Both the position numbers and the translations under genes were made by a program. A model generated the notes under the pieces. It saw only the letters and a list, made by a program, of their open reading frames with translations. It searched no databases and was not told the DNA's origin. Shown one piece after another: positions 33,551-45,797 of a stretch of DNA of 64,000 nt (its first letter is position 1; every line of letters begins with the position of its first letter). The stretch comes from Amoebidium appalachense (Eukaryota; Protista; Ichthyosporea): NCBI GenBank assembly GCA_963693365.1, contig CAVNZM010000012.1, positions 3,359,117-3,423,116 of the forward strand. The letters are read 5' to 3'.

Positions 33551-36500
33551 TGTCATCTTCACTTAATTCTCAGCAAGACTTAGAAGTTGAGTTTGGTATT
33601 TATTTATTAGTTGTTGTAGTTTGTTTCCTTTTCCTTTCTTCATTTCTTTCTTTCTTTTCCGTTTCCGTGTACACGACATCTTAGATCTGTGTACGTATCG
33701 ACATACTTAGCTCGCGCACACGTATTGTCGTTTGCGTCAAAATCTATATATGTCATCCAATCATATCTCGTTTGTATTTTCCCAAATATAGTAACTTACA
33801 TTCCTTTCTCATTCCTTTCCCACGACGTAGCATTGTGCTATGTTCTTCAACTATTAGGAATAATTATATTTAGACGTGTTATGATAAGAACATGTATAAA
33901 TATATGTTATGAATTAATAGTTACATAAGTGGTTTCATTTTGTTAAATGTTTCCGTGCTTTTATTAGAAGTTTCTTTCATTAGAGGATTGAGTTTTATAT
34001 TCTATGTGTCGACAGACATTTTAATCGATATATTTTACACTCATAGTTTTCGTCCTTTTGATTGGTTTATCGTTTCACATTCCCAAGTATAAAAGGGACC
34101 TCATCTTGAAATAAATCATAAGCAGTCGTATTCACTTCCTATGGTTCCAGAAATCGTTCCTCCTCTCCGGTTGTGTTTTTCCCGTGTGTCTTTGTGTTGT
34201 GTTTTACATAACACCCATCTGTGCCCTCTGCTTCTCCGTTTACCCACACAAAATAACAGGTTTACGGCCCCTTTGCACGCTAACACACAATCTCGCTACA
34301 ACCGCGAAAATCTCTCAGTCTTACTGCTTCAATCATGACTGACAAACCGTCGTATATCAACCTTCCAATATGGAATCCGTCCGAGAAACGAGACGAGAAA
34401 CGTCTTAATTATTTCGAGTGGGAGCCACTCATTCACCGGTTCATTAGAACCACCATTGCCGAGAAATTCGTTGACGCTATCAAGAGGCCACAGTGGGTTG
34501 ACGGCGCTGAAGCCAACCAGTGGCTAGGCTACACCACCAAGGACTCCTACAAGAAAGCTTCCGACGTCCTCGACCAGATCCTCAACCAGTCCGTCCACCC
34601 GACCGAGCTCTACGACTCCGGCCGGATGCAAGACGGTGTCCACGGTGGTGAAGTCTTCCACAACCTACGTATGGCGTATGTAGCAGAGAAGGAGGCCCGA
34701 GTCACCCAGATTCAAGTCACCTTCGAGGAGCTTGAACTACGAGACTACCCCAACGTCACAGCATACCTCACCCGTCTCCAACGTCTGGCTACGACACTTG
34801 CCTGCCTCGACGAACCCGTCCAGCACAAGGATGTCGTACGTAAGTTCTTCCTCCACATCCGGAAGAACACAGCCCTGGTCTGCCCCGACATTGAACGTCT
34901 CTGCTCCGACTACTGGATGAACAACAAGGCCTACCCGTCCTTCAACATGCTCATCAGTGACATCCGAGGAGCTGAAATCCGTGCCGGCCTCATCGACGCA
35001 GGCACAGGTGCAACCGTCAACAACCGTCCCCTCCGTGCACTCCAGAGCAGAGTGCTTCCCCCCGGTGACCTCCGTAACCGTATTCCTCGACGTGAGCATA
35101 CACCTCACCGTTCCCCGTCCCGTTCCCGTGATCCTCGTCCTCCCTCCAAGTCACCCGGCCCCCGTTCAACTTCCCCTTACCACCGTGGTAACAGGGACAA
35201 CCGTAACCGACAACACAACACCAACAGTGTGAAGTGTTCCTACTGCCATGAGCCCCACCACATCACAGCATGCCCGGAGCCTGGCTGCACAGTTGCTCGT
35301 CGTGCCAAGCAGGAGAAAGGTGACAAGAGTGTGAAATTTGCACTCATCTCCTCCACCGGCACACCTGACAGTAACGACCCCGTCTGGGACAGTGCTTGTA
35401 ATGCACACATCTGCCCCATCAAGGAGTATTTTTCCTCCCTTACCCCGTGTCCTCCCACCCCCATTCACGGCCTCGGCACAGTCAATGCCAAACAACGTGG
35501 CATCATCAACATGACACTGCACTACAACGGCCACCCAACACCGTGCAGCATCAATGCTTACTACGTACCCGAGGCACCGTCTTTCCTCGTGTCTACCTCC
35601 ATGGCATCAGCTGCCGGCCTCCTAGGTCATTGTGACGATACAGACAACCACCCGTCGTTCCTCTACAGCCGTAATGGTGACATTATTACAGATCTCACCC
35701 CCCTCGACGGTCTCTACTACATCACTGACTATGTGATTGAGACTCCTAAACACCCGGGGGTCCAAGCCTACACAGCAAGGACTCAACCACCCGACGACCT
35801 CACCCTTTGGCACAACCGTCTCGGCCACCGTGCCCTCTCCACCGTCACCAGGATGGCCAAGGATGAGCTGGTCATCGGCATGCCCCCCTCCCTCAAGTCA
35901 CCCGACAACAGTGACTGCTTCGGCTGCATGTCTGGCAAGACCACCAAGGCCCCCTTTCCCGGCACCCGTTCCAAGTTCACCATTCCCGGTGCTAAGTGGC
36001 ACCTGGACTTCTTCGAAGCTCCCTGTGCTTCCTACGGAGGCTACAAGGTTGCTCTGGTGTGTGTTTGTGATGCCACCGGTTACACCACCGTGTTCCCCCT
36101 TTACAACCGTGGTGAAACCCTCAGCCACATTCAGTCTCTCGTTGAAACCATCGAACGTCAGACACCTGAGATCGTCACCCATCTTCGGTTTGACTCCGGC
36201 TCTGAGTTCACCTCCAAGGACACCGAGGCCTACTGCAAGCAGAAAGGCATCATCATGGAGTTTGCCCCCGTCGACACACCACAACACAATGGTGTTGTTG
36301 AACGGAAGATGAGAGAACTGCAAGAGACAGTCCGTTGCTTCCTCCATGCCGACAAGGACCAACCTCTCTCTCCCAAGTTGTGGGTTGCTGCTCTCAAGCA
36401 TACAAGCTACATCATCAACGTCACACCGTCATCTGCTGCCAACGGCAACACTCCCTTCGAGGCCTTCCACGGCTTCAAACCCGACGTCTCCCAGCTCCAC

Positions 36501-39500
36501 GTGTTCGGCTCCCCTGCCTATGTGCATGTTCCCCGGTCAAAGAGGAACAAGCTGGCATCAACCGTCCGAGTCGGCACCTACGTCGGCTGGGACCTACCCT
36601 CCAAGGCACACAAGATCCTCGACCATGCCAGCAACCAAATCAAGATCTGCCGTGATGTGATCTTCGACGAGTCGAAATTCACGGACAGCACCAATCAGGT
36701 CTCCGTTCCCCCCAAACCCGATCTGCCGACATTGGACCCCCCCTCCGACGACGACGATGAAACTCCGTCTGTGGTCATCTCCCAACCGTCCTGGCACAAC
36801 CAACCAGCCCCGGTTGAACCCGTGCCTCCCCCGAGCCCCCCCCCCCACTGGCCAACAACCCTTGCTGCCGGCCCCCCCCCGTTGCTGTGCATCAACCCGG
36901 CTACATGACTCCGGTTCGTCCTGGGTCCCCCACCTTCCACTCGGCCACGAGCAGCCCTGTGGACACCGATGCCCCCCTCACCACCGGTCCTATTCCTGGC
37001 TTCCATGCCCCTATCCCGGCCTCCACCACCTACCCGGCCACCACCCCCCTCAAGGACCCCCCCAAGCCCAACCTTCGTCGGTCTACACGTCTCACCAAGA
37101 CTCCAACGGCACTGGTCAGCATCGTAGCACCGACCATCAACATTGACCAGCTCCCCAAGGGCATTCAAAAGCTTTGCAACGGTCCCAACGGTGATGCCGT
37201 CATAGCTGCCCTCACCTCCGAGTACCAAGCCTTCATCACCAAGGATGTCTTCACCATTGTTGATCCCCCCCCTGGTGCCAACATCATCAAGTTCAAGTGG
37301 ATTGTGACTGAGAAAGTCCTCAACTCAGCCGGTGACACCAAGATCAAAGCTCGTGGTGTTGCAAAGGGCTTCACTCAAGTCTACGGTGTTGACTACGGTG
37401 ACACCTCTTCCCCCGTGGTGATGTCCTCCTCCGTCCGTGCCCTCCTTGCCATCGGTGTGGACGGCAACCATGAGATTCATCAACTCGACGTCTCAACTGC
37501 CTTCCTCAACAGTCCTCTTCAAGAAGACATCTACATTGAGCCACCACCTGGCTTCATCACCCCCGGCAACGAACACAAGGTCTGGAAACTTAAGAAGGCA
37601 CTCTACGGGCTCAAGCAAGCATCACTGGCCTGGTATGAGTACTTCGACAAGGTCCTCCTTGCTCACGGTCTCGAACGTCTCCGTTCAGATCCATGTGTCT
37701 ACATCAAGACCTTCCCCAACGGTGACATCATCCTCACTGGCAACTATGTGGACGACGTCATCATCATCTGCACGGCCAACTCCTCCCACACCAAGGATCT
37801 AGTAGACCACATCATGAAGTCAGCTCTCTGCAAGGTTGACCTTCCCGACATCTTCCTTGGCACCCACCTCATCCACACCCCCGGTCACCTCAAGCTGCTT
37901 CAGCAATCCTACATCAACGACATCGTCAGAGACTTCAACCTCAACGATGCTCACCCCAAGGCTACTCCCATTCCCGTCGGCACCGTCATCACCATCAACG
38001 AGAACGACTCACCACCCATCAAGGTTCCCTACCGTGAACTACTCGGCCGTCTTTTGTGGGTTGCTCGTTGTTCCCGGCCCGACATCTCCTTTGCCATCGG
38101 CTACCTCGGTAGATTCAGTGCCAACCCCACCAAACTTGCATGGGAATGTCTACTCCGTGTAGTTCGGTACCTCATCGGCACTTCCAACCTCGGCCTTCAC
38201 TACGACAAGTCTGCTTCCGACGACAACACCCCCTTGCTGGAGTGTTATTCTGATGCTGACTTTGCCAACTGCCCCAACACCCGTCGTTCAACCACCGGAT
38301 ACGTCATCTTCTTCAAGGGCATACCCATCACATGGTATTCGAAGCTGCAGTCCATCACGGCAACATCCACCACCGAGGCTGAGCTTCTGGCCATCAATGC
38401 TGCTGTTCAAAACGTCATCTGGCACCGTGATCTCCTCCGTGAACTCGGCTACCCGATGACCGACCCCACCCCCGTCTACTGTGACAACCAGTCCACCATT
38501 GCCCTCCTGCACACCAACAGCATCAAGCACCGGACCAAACACATTGCAGTCCGTTACCACAACACGAAGGACTACATCAAGAGTGGGGATGTGGTCGTCA
38601 CCTACGTGTCCAGCAAAGACAACGTGGCTGACATCTTCACCAAGCCCCTGCCCGGGCCCTCCCACGAGCAACACCGTGATTCACTCAGTCTTCGTGACTG
38701 AGTGTGCCCCCCCCCCCCCCCCCCCCTCCCCCCCCCCCCCCCCCCCCCCCCCCCGGTTCATCTACAGTGGTCTTCAAGTAGGTTGGGGCCCTGGCCAGTG
38801 GTCTACACATCACCGTGTAGAGACACCTCCCAACGAAAGTCTACTGCTGTCTTCATCGATCTTCAGTGTGTGCATCTTCAGTGGGGATTTCTTCTCCACC
38901 ATCCGTCGTTTATTTATATACCACCATATATATAATGCATTTATCATTAGCCACCAACACGTCACACATACACTAGTTGTTTCTTCTATATATATTTATA
39001 TATCACGTCATTGGCTACCGTCATCTTCCGAGTCTTCAGAGGCAACCGTCGTTGTGTGCTTCTTCCGTTTTGGTTTTCTTCCCCGGCTTGCACCTTCAAG
39101 TCTTCTCCATTGTCTTCTCGAGTGGGGAAACTTGACTGTGACTTCACGGCACCTACTTCTACATGTGTGAAAGTCTTAACATCAACAGTCACATCAACAA
39201 ACTTCACGAGAACCCAACTTCCAACCCTTGAGTGGGGATGTCATCTTCACTTAATTCTCAGCAAGACTTAGAAGTTGAGTTTGGTATTTATTTATTAGTT
39301 GTTGTAGTTTGTTTCCTTTTCCTTTCTTCATTTCTTTCTTTCTTTTCCGTTTCCGTGTACACGACATCTTAGATCTGTGTACGTATCGACATACTTAGCT
39401 CGCGCACACGTATTGTCGTTTGCGTCAAAATCTATATATGTCATCCAATCATATCTCGTTTGTATTTTCCCAAATATAGTAACTTACATTCCTTTCTCAT

Positions 39501-39946
39501 TCCTTTCCCACGACGTAGCATTGTGCTATGTTCTTCAACTATTAGGAATAATTATATTTAGACGTGTTATGATAAGAACATGTATAAATATATGTTATGA
39601 ATTAATAGTTACATAAGTGGTTTCATTTTGTTAAATGTTTCCGTGCTTTTATTAGAAGTTTCTTTCATTAGAGGATTGAGTTTTATATTCTATGTGTCGA
39701 CAGACATTTTAATCGATATATTTTACACTCATAGTTTTCGTCCTTTTGATTGGTTTATCGTTTCACATTCCCAAGTATAAAAGGGACCTCATCTTGAAAT
39801 AAATCATAAGCAGTCGTATTCACTTCCTATGGTTCCAGAAATCGTTCCTCCTCTCCGGTTGTGTTTTTCCCGTGTGTCTTTGTGTTGTGTTTTACATAAC
39901 ACCCATCTGTGCCCTCTGCTTCTCCGTTTACCCACACAAAATAACA
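33551..39946 (+). mobile_element. Full-length Ty1/Copia LTR retrotransposon
   Basis: 708-bp LTRs 33551-34258 and 39239-39946 (TG...CA, no difference seen by eye); TSD CAAGG (33546-33550, 39947-39951); PPT GAGTGGGGA; PBS-position GGTTTACGGCCC. Confidence 0.97.
34335..38701 (+). CDS. Copia gag-pol polyprotein (Gag-PR-IN-RT-RH)
   Basis: Zn knuckle CSYCHEPHHITAC, protease WDSAC, WHNRLGH, integrase D..DSGSEF..ERKMR, RT KARGVAKGF/QLDVSTAFL/LYGLKQ/YVDD, RNase H SDADFA/STTEAE/DNQS/ADIFTK. One frame break in the poly-C at ~36840-36890. Confidence 0.96.
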
Positions 39947-39951
39947 CAAGG

Positions 39952-40142
39952 AGACAGCCAAGGAGAGGGCTCGCGAGGAGCTGGCGTTTGAAGGGCGCGA
40001 GCTGGTGCGCCAGAAGGGCACGCGTGCACAAGCCCAAAAGGAAAAGGAAAAACGAAAGGCACAGGAACTGAGAAAACTGGAGTTTGCCCACCAACAGGAG
40101 CAAACGGGTCTGCGTCGCAGTGAAAGGCGTGCACGCCGCTAG
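39952..40142 (+). pseudogene. 3' end of viral integrase ORF, separated by the Copia insertion
   Basis: Removing the element and one TSD joins ...MRAARK to ETAKERAREELAFEG...RRARR* in frame. Confidence 0.8.
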
Positions 40143-40499
40143 GTGTGACCTGTCCATTCTGGAAAAACCATCCGTCTTGAAAAAAACAGAGACGCCCCAC
40201 CAACCAGCCACCGCGAAAACTGGCCATTTTGGGATGATTGCGCAAACAGGGGATGCCCCACCAACCAGCGACCGCCAAAACTAGCCCAATTTGGTCGCCT
40301 TCCAAATCAGGCTAATCCTCCATGTGCGGACCCCAGGCCCAGGTCCGGATCAGGCCCGTGCGGGTCGGTTCGGGCCGGCCTGGTCAGATTTGGGTCGCGT
40401 CGACCCGTTAACGACCCGGCCCGACCCGACCCGGGCTAATCTGGACCGGCCCGTGGCCCGCGAAATTTTCACAGCACACAGGTGCGGGACTGTGTGATC

Positions 40500-41056
40500 A
40501 TGGGGCTGGGCAGCCTCTGCGGGGTGTACAAGGTCACACAGGACAAGAGGAAGGCCGGAGTGGACACTGACAAGGTGCAGACACCAGCATGGGTGCTGGA
40601 TGCACTCGAAAAGGAGTTTGGCGCACTCAATGACCCCTGCCCCATCACCTGGCGGGAGGGGGAGGACCCTTGCGCACTCACAGACGACGACGTGTGGTCC
40701 ACCGAGAAAATAAACTATGTCAACCCTCCCTTCTCTGAGATTCCCCCATTTTTACGCATGGCCATACGAATGTACATATCCAAGCCTTGGGTAGAAAGAG
40801 CGTGCTGCTCGTGCCTGCACGCACGGAGGCACGCTGGTTCCATGACCTGGCCTTCAGGTACGCCGCAGAGATACGCATCCTGAGGGGTAGGATCAAGTTT
40901 GAGGGGTTCAAGAGGCCATCGCCAGAGGGCGTGTGCCTGCTTTTGTTCACAGAGCCTCAGCCTGTCGGTGGCCCGCGTGTAGTGTCGTGGATGCCTGAGG
41001 CATACGGTAACCCGCGCAGCTCAAAGGCAGGGGCCGTGTTGGGGCTGGATTTCTAG
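40500..41056 (+). CDS. Phage-type DNA N6-adenine methyltransferase (frameshift ~40780)
   Basis: QTP.WV..L..EFG..DPC, YVNPPFS catalytic motif, VLLVPART...WFH, GRIKF. Confidence 0.85.
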
Positions 41057-41131
41057 CTTAATTACTAAGATCTACTAGTAGGGTCTAGATCTAAAAAATG
41101 TGTGTTAGAGTGTATGTAGTGCGTGCACACC

Positions 41132-41395
41132 ATGGCCAACACCTACCAAATCGTGCTGAACGACCAGTTTCAGCCCCTCACTGCGCGTACGTCAAACGCC
41201 ACGCACACAGACTTTAGCTACTATGGCCAGCAGGCGATGGCACAGGCCGTTGCGGACAAGATATGCCCGCACGGTACCCGCCACCCCTTCTTCCTCAAAC
41301 CAAGCACCATGGCAGGGTCTGCAGCAGGCCGATTTGCTCGCCCCAGACCCACCTTTGCGGCACTCAGGCGTGCACATGGCAGGCCCATGCACTGA
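41132..41395 (+). CDS. Viral hypothetical protein (87 aa)
   Basis: CACCATGG start, A6TGTG at 41093. Confidence 0.55.
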   Translation: MANTYQIVLNDQFQPLTARTSNATHTDFSYYGQQAMAQAVADKICPHGTRHPFFLKPSTMAGSAAGRFARPRPTFAALRRAHGRPMH

Positions 41396-41492
41396 CCGTT
41401 AGTGTACGTAGTAGGCCATGGCCAAGCGGGCAATTGGCAACCAAAAATAAAAATATTGTGCATGCATAAGTAAACGTGCAAGTCACGTCACC

Positions 41493-42074
41493 ATGGGGGT
41501 GTCATCGCAAGGCAGGAGCGGCAACACGCGTGTCATCTACGTGCAGAACCGGCCAAACAAGGCCTCAGAGGTAGCCAAGTGGGTGGGGGCCCTGGCGGGC
41601 GGTGCTGCCTTGGGGGCAGGGGGGTACTATGCATGGAAGCACAAGGGGGACATTGCGAGGGGGGTGGGCAACTACATGTACAACAAGGCTGCGGATGCTG
41701 CCACCTACACTGCAGGAAGGCGGGGGAGGCGGGGGGGGACGGTGTTCAAGGGCCTCAAGGGGGTAGCGCGTGCCACAGGCGATGCTGCCATGCAGGGCAC
41801 GCAGCGTGCAGGGCAGGGCGCGCAGAATGGTGCATTCAGTGCGTGGAAGACCCTGAGGAATGGCACGAGGGATGCGGGCAACTACCTGCTGCACAACACC
41901 CAGGATGCGTTGGGATATGGTCCTTATAACTTGAATGCTGCAGGCACACGCACGGGAAACAGCTACGAGTGGAGAGGGGGTGGAGGGGGCGGTGCGCAGG
42001 TGCTTGTCGGCGGTAAGCCCTACGTCTGGCCGCCAGCCAGGTCGCCAAACGTATCGGGACGCGGCATCCTCTAA
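41493..42074 (+). CDS. Gly/Ala-rich viral protein with one hydrophobic helix
   Basis: MGVSSQG N-terminus, WVGALAGGAALGAGGYYAW segment; CACCATGG start. Confidence 0.6.
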   Translation: MGVSSQGRSGNTRVIYVQNRPNKASEVAKWVGALAGGAALGAGGYYAWKHKGDIARGVGNYMYNKAADAATYTAGRRGRRGGTVFKGLKGVARATGDAAMQGTQRAGQGAQNGAFSAWKTLRNGTRDAGNYLLHNTQDALGYGPYNLNAAGTRTGNSYEWRGGGGGGAQVLVGGKPYVWPPARSPNVSGRGIL

Positions 42075-42359
42075 TGGAACCTTCCGTTTATGGTAAGTGT
42101 GCAGGGAAAAACCGTTGGCGGGCGGTGCGAGCGGCCAATCAAATTTTGTAGAATTTGTTGACTTGCATTCCATTGGCAACTCCCCTGCGCTCCTATTGGA
42201 CGCCTAGGGCAACAGGAGTCACCGAATTTTGGAGCACGGTAGCATGTGTGCACCGGAGGGCACAAAAGCCACCTGCAAACGTTCCTTCTTCAAACACTTT
42301 TTCTTATATTCTAAGCCACTCTAGCCTGGTCTTTTTGCAAGCAGCGAACTTTGGAAACC

Positions 42360-43505
42360 ATGGCAGACCTCTCCTTCCTGCCCCCTCTAGATCTAGACGA
42401 TGCTGATGTTCTTGCTGCCGCCGCAGCAACCATTTCTGTGCCAGCCCGCAGGCCTCCTCCTGGCCGCACCTTCTCCTGGCATCTCAAAGATTTGGATCTT
42501 GACACTGTTCTGCTTCAACCCTTCTACGCATCCTACCGCACGCTTGCTGAGGGGTATGCAGCACAGCCCAGTGTTTCCGCCAACGCAGCGTCCTTCCTCC
42601 TCTCCGCCAAGAAAGGTGACTTCTTCGCTGGCTATGATGCAGGGGGCGAAGTCTACTTCCAAAAACGCTTCACGGGTCTAGATGACTTTGATGGGGCATG
42701 GCTCCCTGAGATGCTGGTGCGTGGTACCATCTCTGAGCCTGCAGAACTGGCTGAACTGCACGGCAAGTCGCTTTTGGCAACACTCGCGTGCCGCAACGCC
42801 CTCATGCTCAAGGGGGTGGCTGCTGCTGTGGTAGACATCCTCCTACCGCAGTTCACAGAGCATGAGAGATCCACTAGGCACAAGGTAGAGACAGACCCTC
42901 AGTTGGTTGGCGACTACATGCAGAGGTACCTGGAGGAGATAGAGGCCAACTGGGAGCCCATCGTCGGGATGTGCAAGGCAGGACTCACTCCCCACAGGGA
43001 GAGAGAGGTGGCCCGCCACCTGGCTCGTGTTGTTGCTGGCTTCCTGCAGACCATGGTGGCCACTGCAAAGGCAGCCAAGTTGAAGTCCACGCCCCTCTTC
43101 AAAGGGGTCGCCATGGATGTCCTCCATGACATGCAGGCATTGCTGCGTGGGGTTGCGAATGAGCGTATGTATGGTGCAGGTGAGAAGATTGTGTTTGCAG
43201 GGCTGATCAAGAAAAACATCCACAAGGAGGCACCATCACGGCGCAAGTCCGGCACGTTCATCGACATTGCCCCCAAGGAGAAGGAAAACCTTGCCCCCCT
43301 CCGCAGCAGCAGCACCAACAGCAACACCCCCTACAACAACAACAACAACATCATGACGGTCGGTGCCCCCTACTTCTACGGTAGGACCCGGGTGCCTAAC
43401 TTACTCCGTACCTCAGCGGCACCGCCCCCTCAAGACTGTGAACCAAGGCTACATGGGCTAGTGCACAGGATAGGGGGGCTGTGCCCTAAACTTTGCCATT
43501 TTTAA
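42360..43505 (+). CDS. Hypothetical protein (381 aa), probably viral
   Basis: Long open frame, mostly helical; CCAAT/ATTGG boxes at 42135-42204; KEN motif near C-terminus. Confidence 0.7.
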   Translation: MADLSFLPPLDLDDADVLAAAAATISVPARRPPPGRTFSWHLKDLDLDTVLLQPFYASYRTLAEGYAAQPSVSANAASFLLSAKKGDFFAGYDAGGEVYFQKRFTGLDDFDGAWLPEMLVRGTISEPAELAELHGKSLLATLACRNALMLKGVAAAVVDILLPQFTEHERSTRHKVETDPQLVGDYMQRYLEEIEANWEPIVGMCKAGLTPHREREVARHLARVVAGFLQTMVATAKAAKLKSTPLFKGVAMDVLHDMQALLRGVANERMYGAGEKIVFAGLIKKNIHKEAPSRRKSGTFIDIAPKEKENLAPLRSSSTNSNTPYNNNNNIMTVGAPYFYGRTRVPNLLRTSAAPPPQDCEPRLHGLVHRIGGLCPKLCHF

Positions 43506-43594
43506 TTTTTTTTAGTAAAGTACCTTAAAGTTTGAGCATGCCATGGCCTCATTAACATAGACACCGTTGTGATTTGTGTATACATAGTGGGCAG

Positions 43595-44340
<746 letters not shown>

Positions 44341-44719
44341 GGTGTAACTTCTAAGTGTTGCTACCTAAAAGTGCGAAAAGAGATGATTGTGAAAATGTTT
44401 AAGAGTTTTTTCTAAGTTATTTCTTCACAAAAAAACGAACGAAAACGAGACGAGACTGAGAGAGCTGACAGCTGATAGAGTGCACATGGGAGAAAAAAGT
44501 GTATACGTAATATTACGTAACATTCAATTTCGCTTGATTTCATTGGCTCATAAGTTACGCAAAGTTCAAGTTGGCGCAATCATTTACTCTCTCACTCATG
44601 TACGTACTAAGTCAACTCAGTCGCGGCGGCACACAGTGTTTTTTTTTTTTTTGGGAAGAAGTTTATTTCGTGGCATCACCCGGAGGTAAAGAGATTCTGA
44701 ATAAACAGACATGTGCCTA

Positions 44720-45637
44720 TTACATCCTGAGCATTTTGGCCTTGTCCTCCCCAGGCATGGGCGTGCCAGCACGCTTAGCCTGCCCCATGTCTACATCACC
44801 CCCCTCCCCCTCACTACCCGCACCATCACTGACCAACTCCATCAGACCGTCTAAATCAAACACCTGAACCTTGCGGGCAACGAGCTTGGTGCGCACAGTG
44901 TTGTTTTTCTTGTTGTAGATGACACTGGTGGCGGCAGCAGACACCCATGCAGTAACCTCACGGCACTTGGCACGCTGGGAGTTCATAAACTCCACAAACT
45001 CATCCACAGAGGCCGCGTTGTTGCCCAGCTTGAAGAGGCAGGGGTTGCGGCCAGTGGGGTTGGGGAGCTCCACCGTCACGTTGAAGTAGGTGTCGCCCAG
45101 TGCCCCCTCCATGTCCGCCTTGCTGACGGGGTTGGCACCCAGCACCTCGTACAGGTTGGGGCTGTGTCTGGACCACAGGCTGCTGCTGGTCTTGACGGCA
45201 ACGGTGTCCAGATCGACATCCTTGAGCATCTCGTGGTCCTTGTGCATCCACAGCACGTCCTTGGCCATGCTGCACACGTAGGGCCACAGGCCAACGGCGT
45301 AGGCCACCTCAAAGGGCTCAGGGTGGCGCTGGGACTTGATCTTGATTGTGGTTTTGTCGTAGGCAGACAGGTGGGTGCCCAGTTCAATCAACATCTGCCC
45401 GTTGATGTTGATGTTGGGCAGGTTGTACAGCTGCACCACCAGCACGTCGTTCATGACCCAGGGTGCACCCATGGTGGCCTTGCCCACACCATTGAGGAAC
45501 ACCTCCTTGTACAGCACCATCTTGGCCCCCTCAACGCTGCTGTTGATGTTTTCTTTGCCACTGCTTGCCGCGGCGATGCTGGTCCTTTTGACGGTGGACA
45601 GACCAGTCATTTGACGCAGCAGGGTTGGCTTGACCAT
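44720..45637 (-). CDS. Hypothetical protein (305 aa), candidate ssDNA-binding protein
   Basis: C-terminal beta-strand run VTAWV..SVIY..VRTKLVARKVQV followed by an acidic/Gly tail, reminiscent of T7-gp2.5-like OB-fold SSBs. The ORF is solid; the function is inferred. Confidence 0.5.
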   Translation of the reverse strand: MVKPTLLRQMTGLSTVKRTSIAAASSGKENINSSVEGAKMVLYKEVFLNGVGKATMGAPWVMNDVLVVQLYNLPNININGQMLIELGTHLSAYDKTTIKIKSQRHPEPFEVAYAVGLWPYVCSMAKDVLWMHKDHEMLKDVDLDTVAVKTSSSLWSRHSPNLYEVLGANPVSKADMEGALGDTYFNVTVELPNPTGRNPCLFKLGNNAASVDEFVEFMNSQRAKCREVTAWVSAAATSVIYNKKNNTVRTKLVARKVQVFDLDGLMELVSDGAGSEGEGGDVDMGQAKRAGTPMPGEDKAKMLRM

Positions 45638-45797
45638 TTTGCTGTTGCTTGGGGGGTGTGGTGAACGTTACTGTGGTGTGCACCTCGACTGTGACTGTCT
45701 GGCTCATGTTTGGTTGGTGAGATGTTGCCTGTGTGCGGCTGTTTATGTACACGGTGGTAGGATGCAGGGTGCGTTTCTGGCCAATGAGGACCGTAAT

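Noticed and set aside
36830-36910. Programmed frameshift between Copia IN and RT
   Set aside because: The break lies in poly-C runs and this is not the usual position for a Copia frameshift; a homopolymer sequencing error is more likely.
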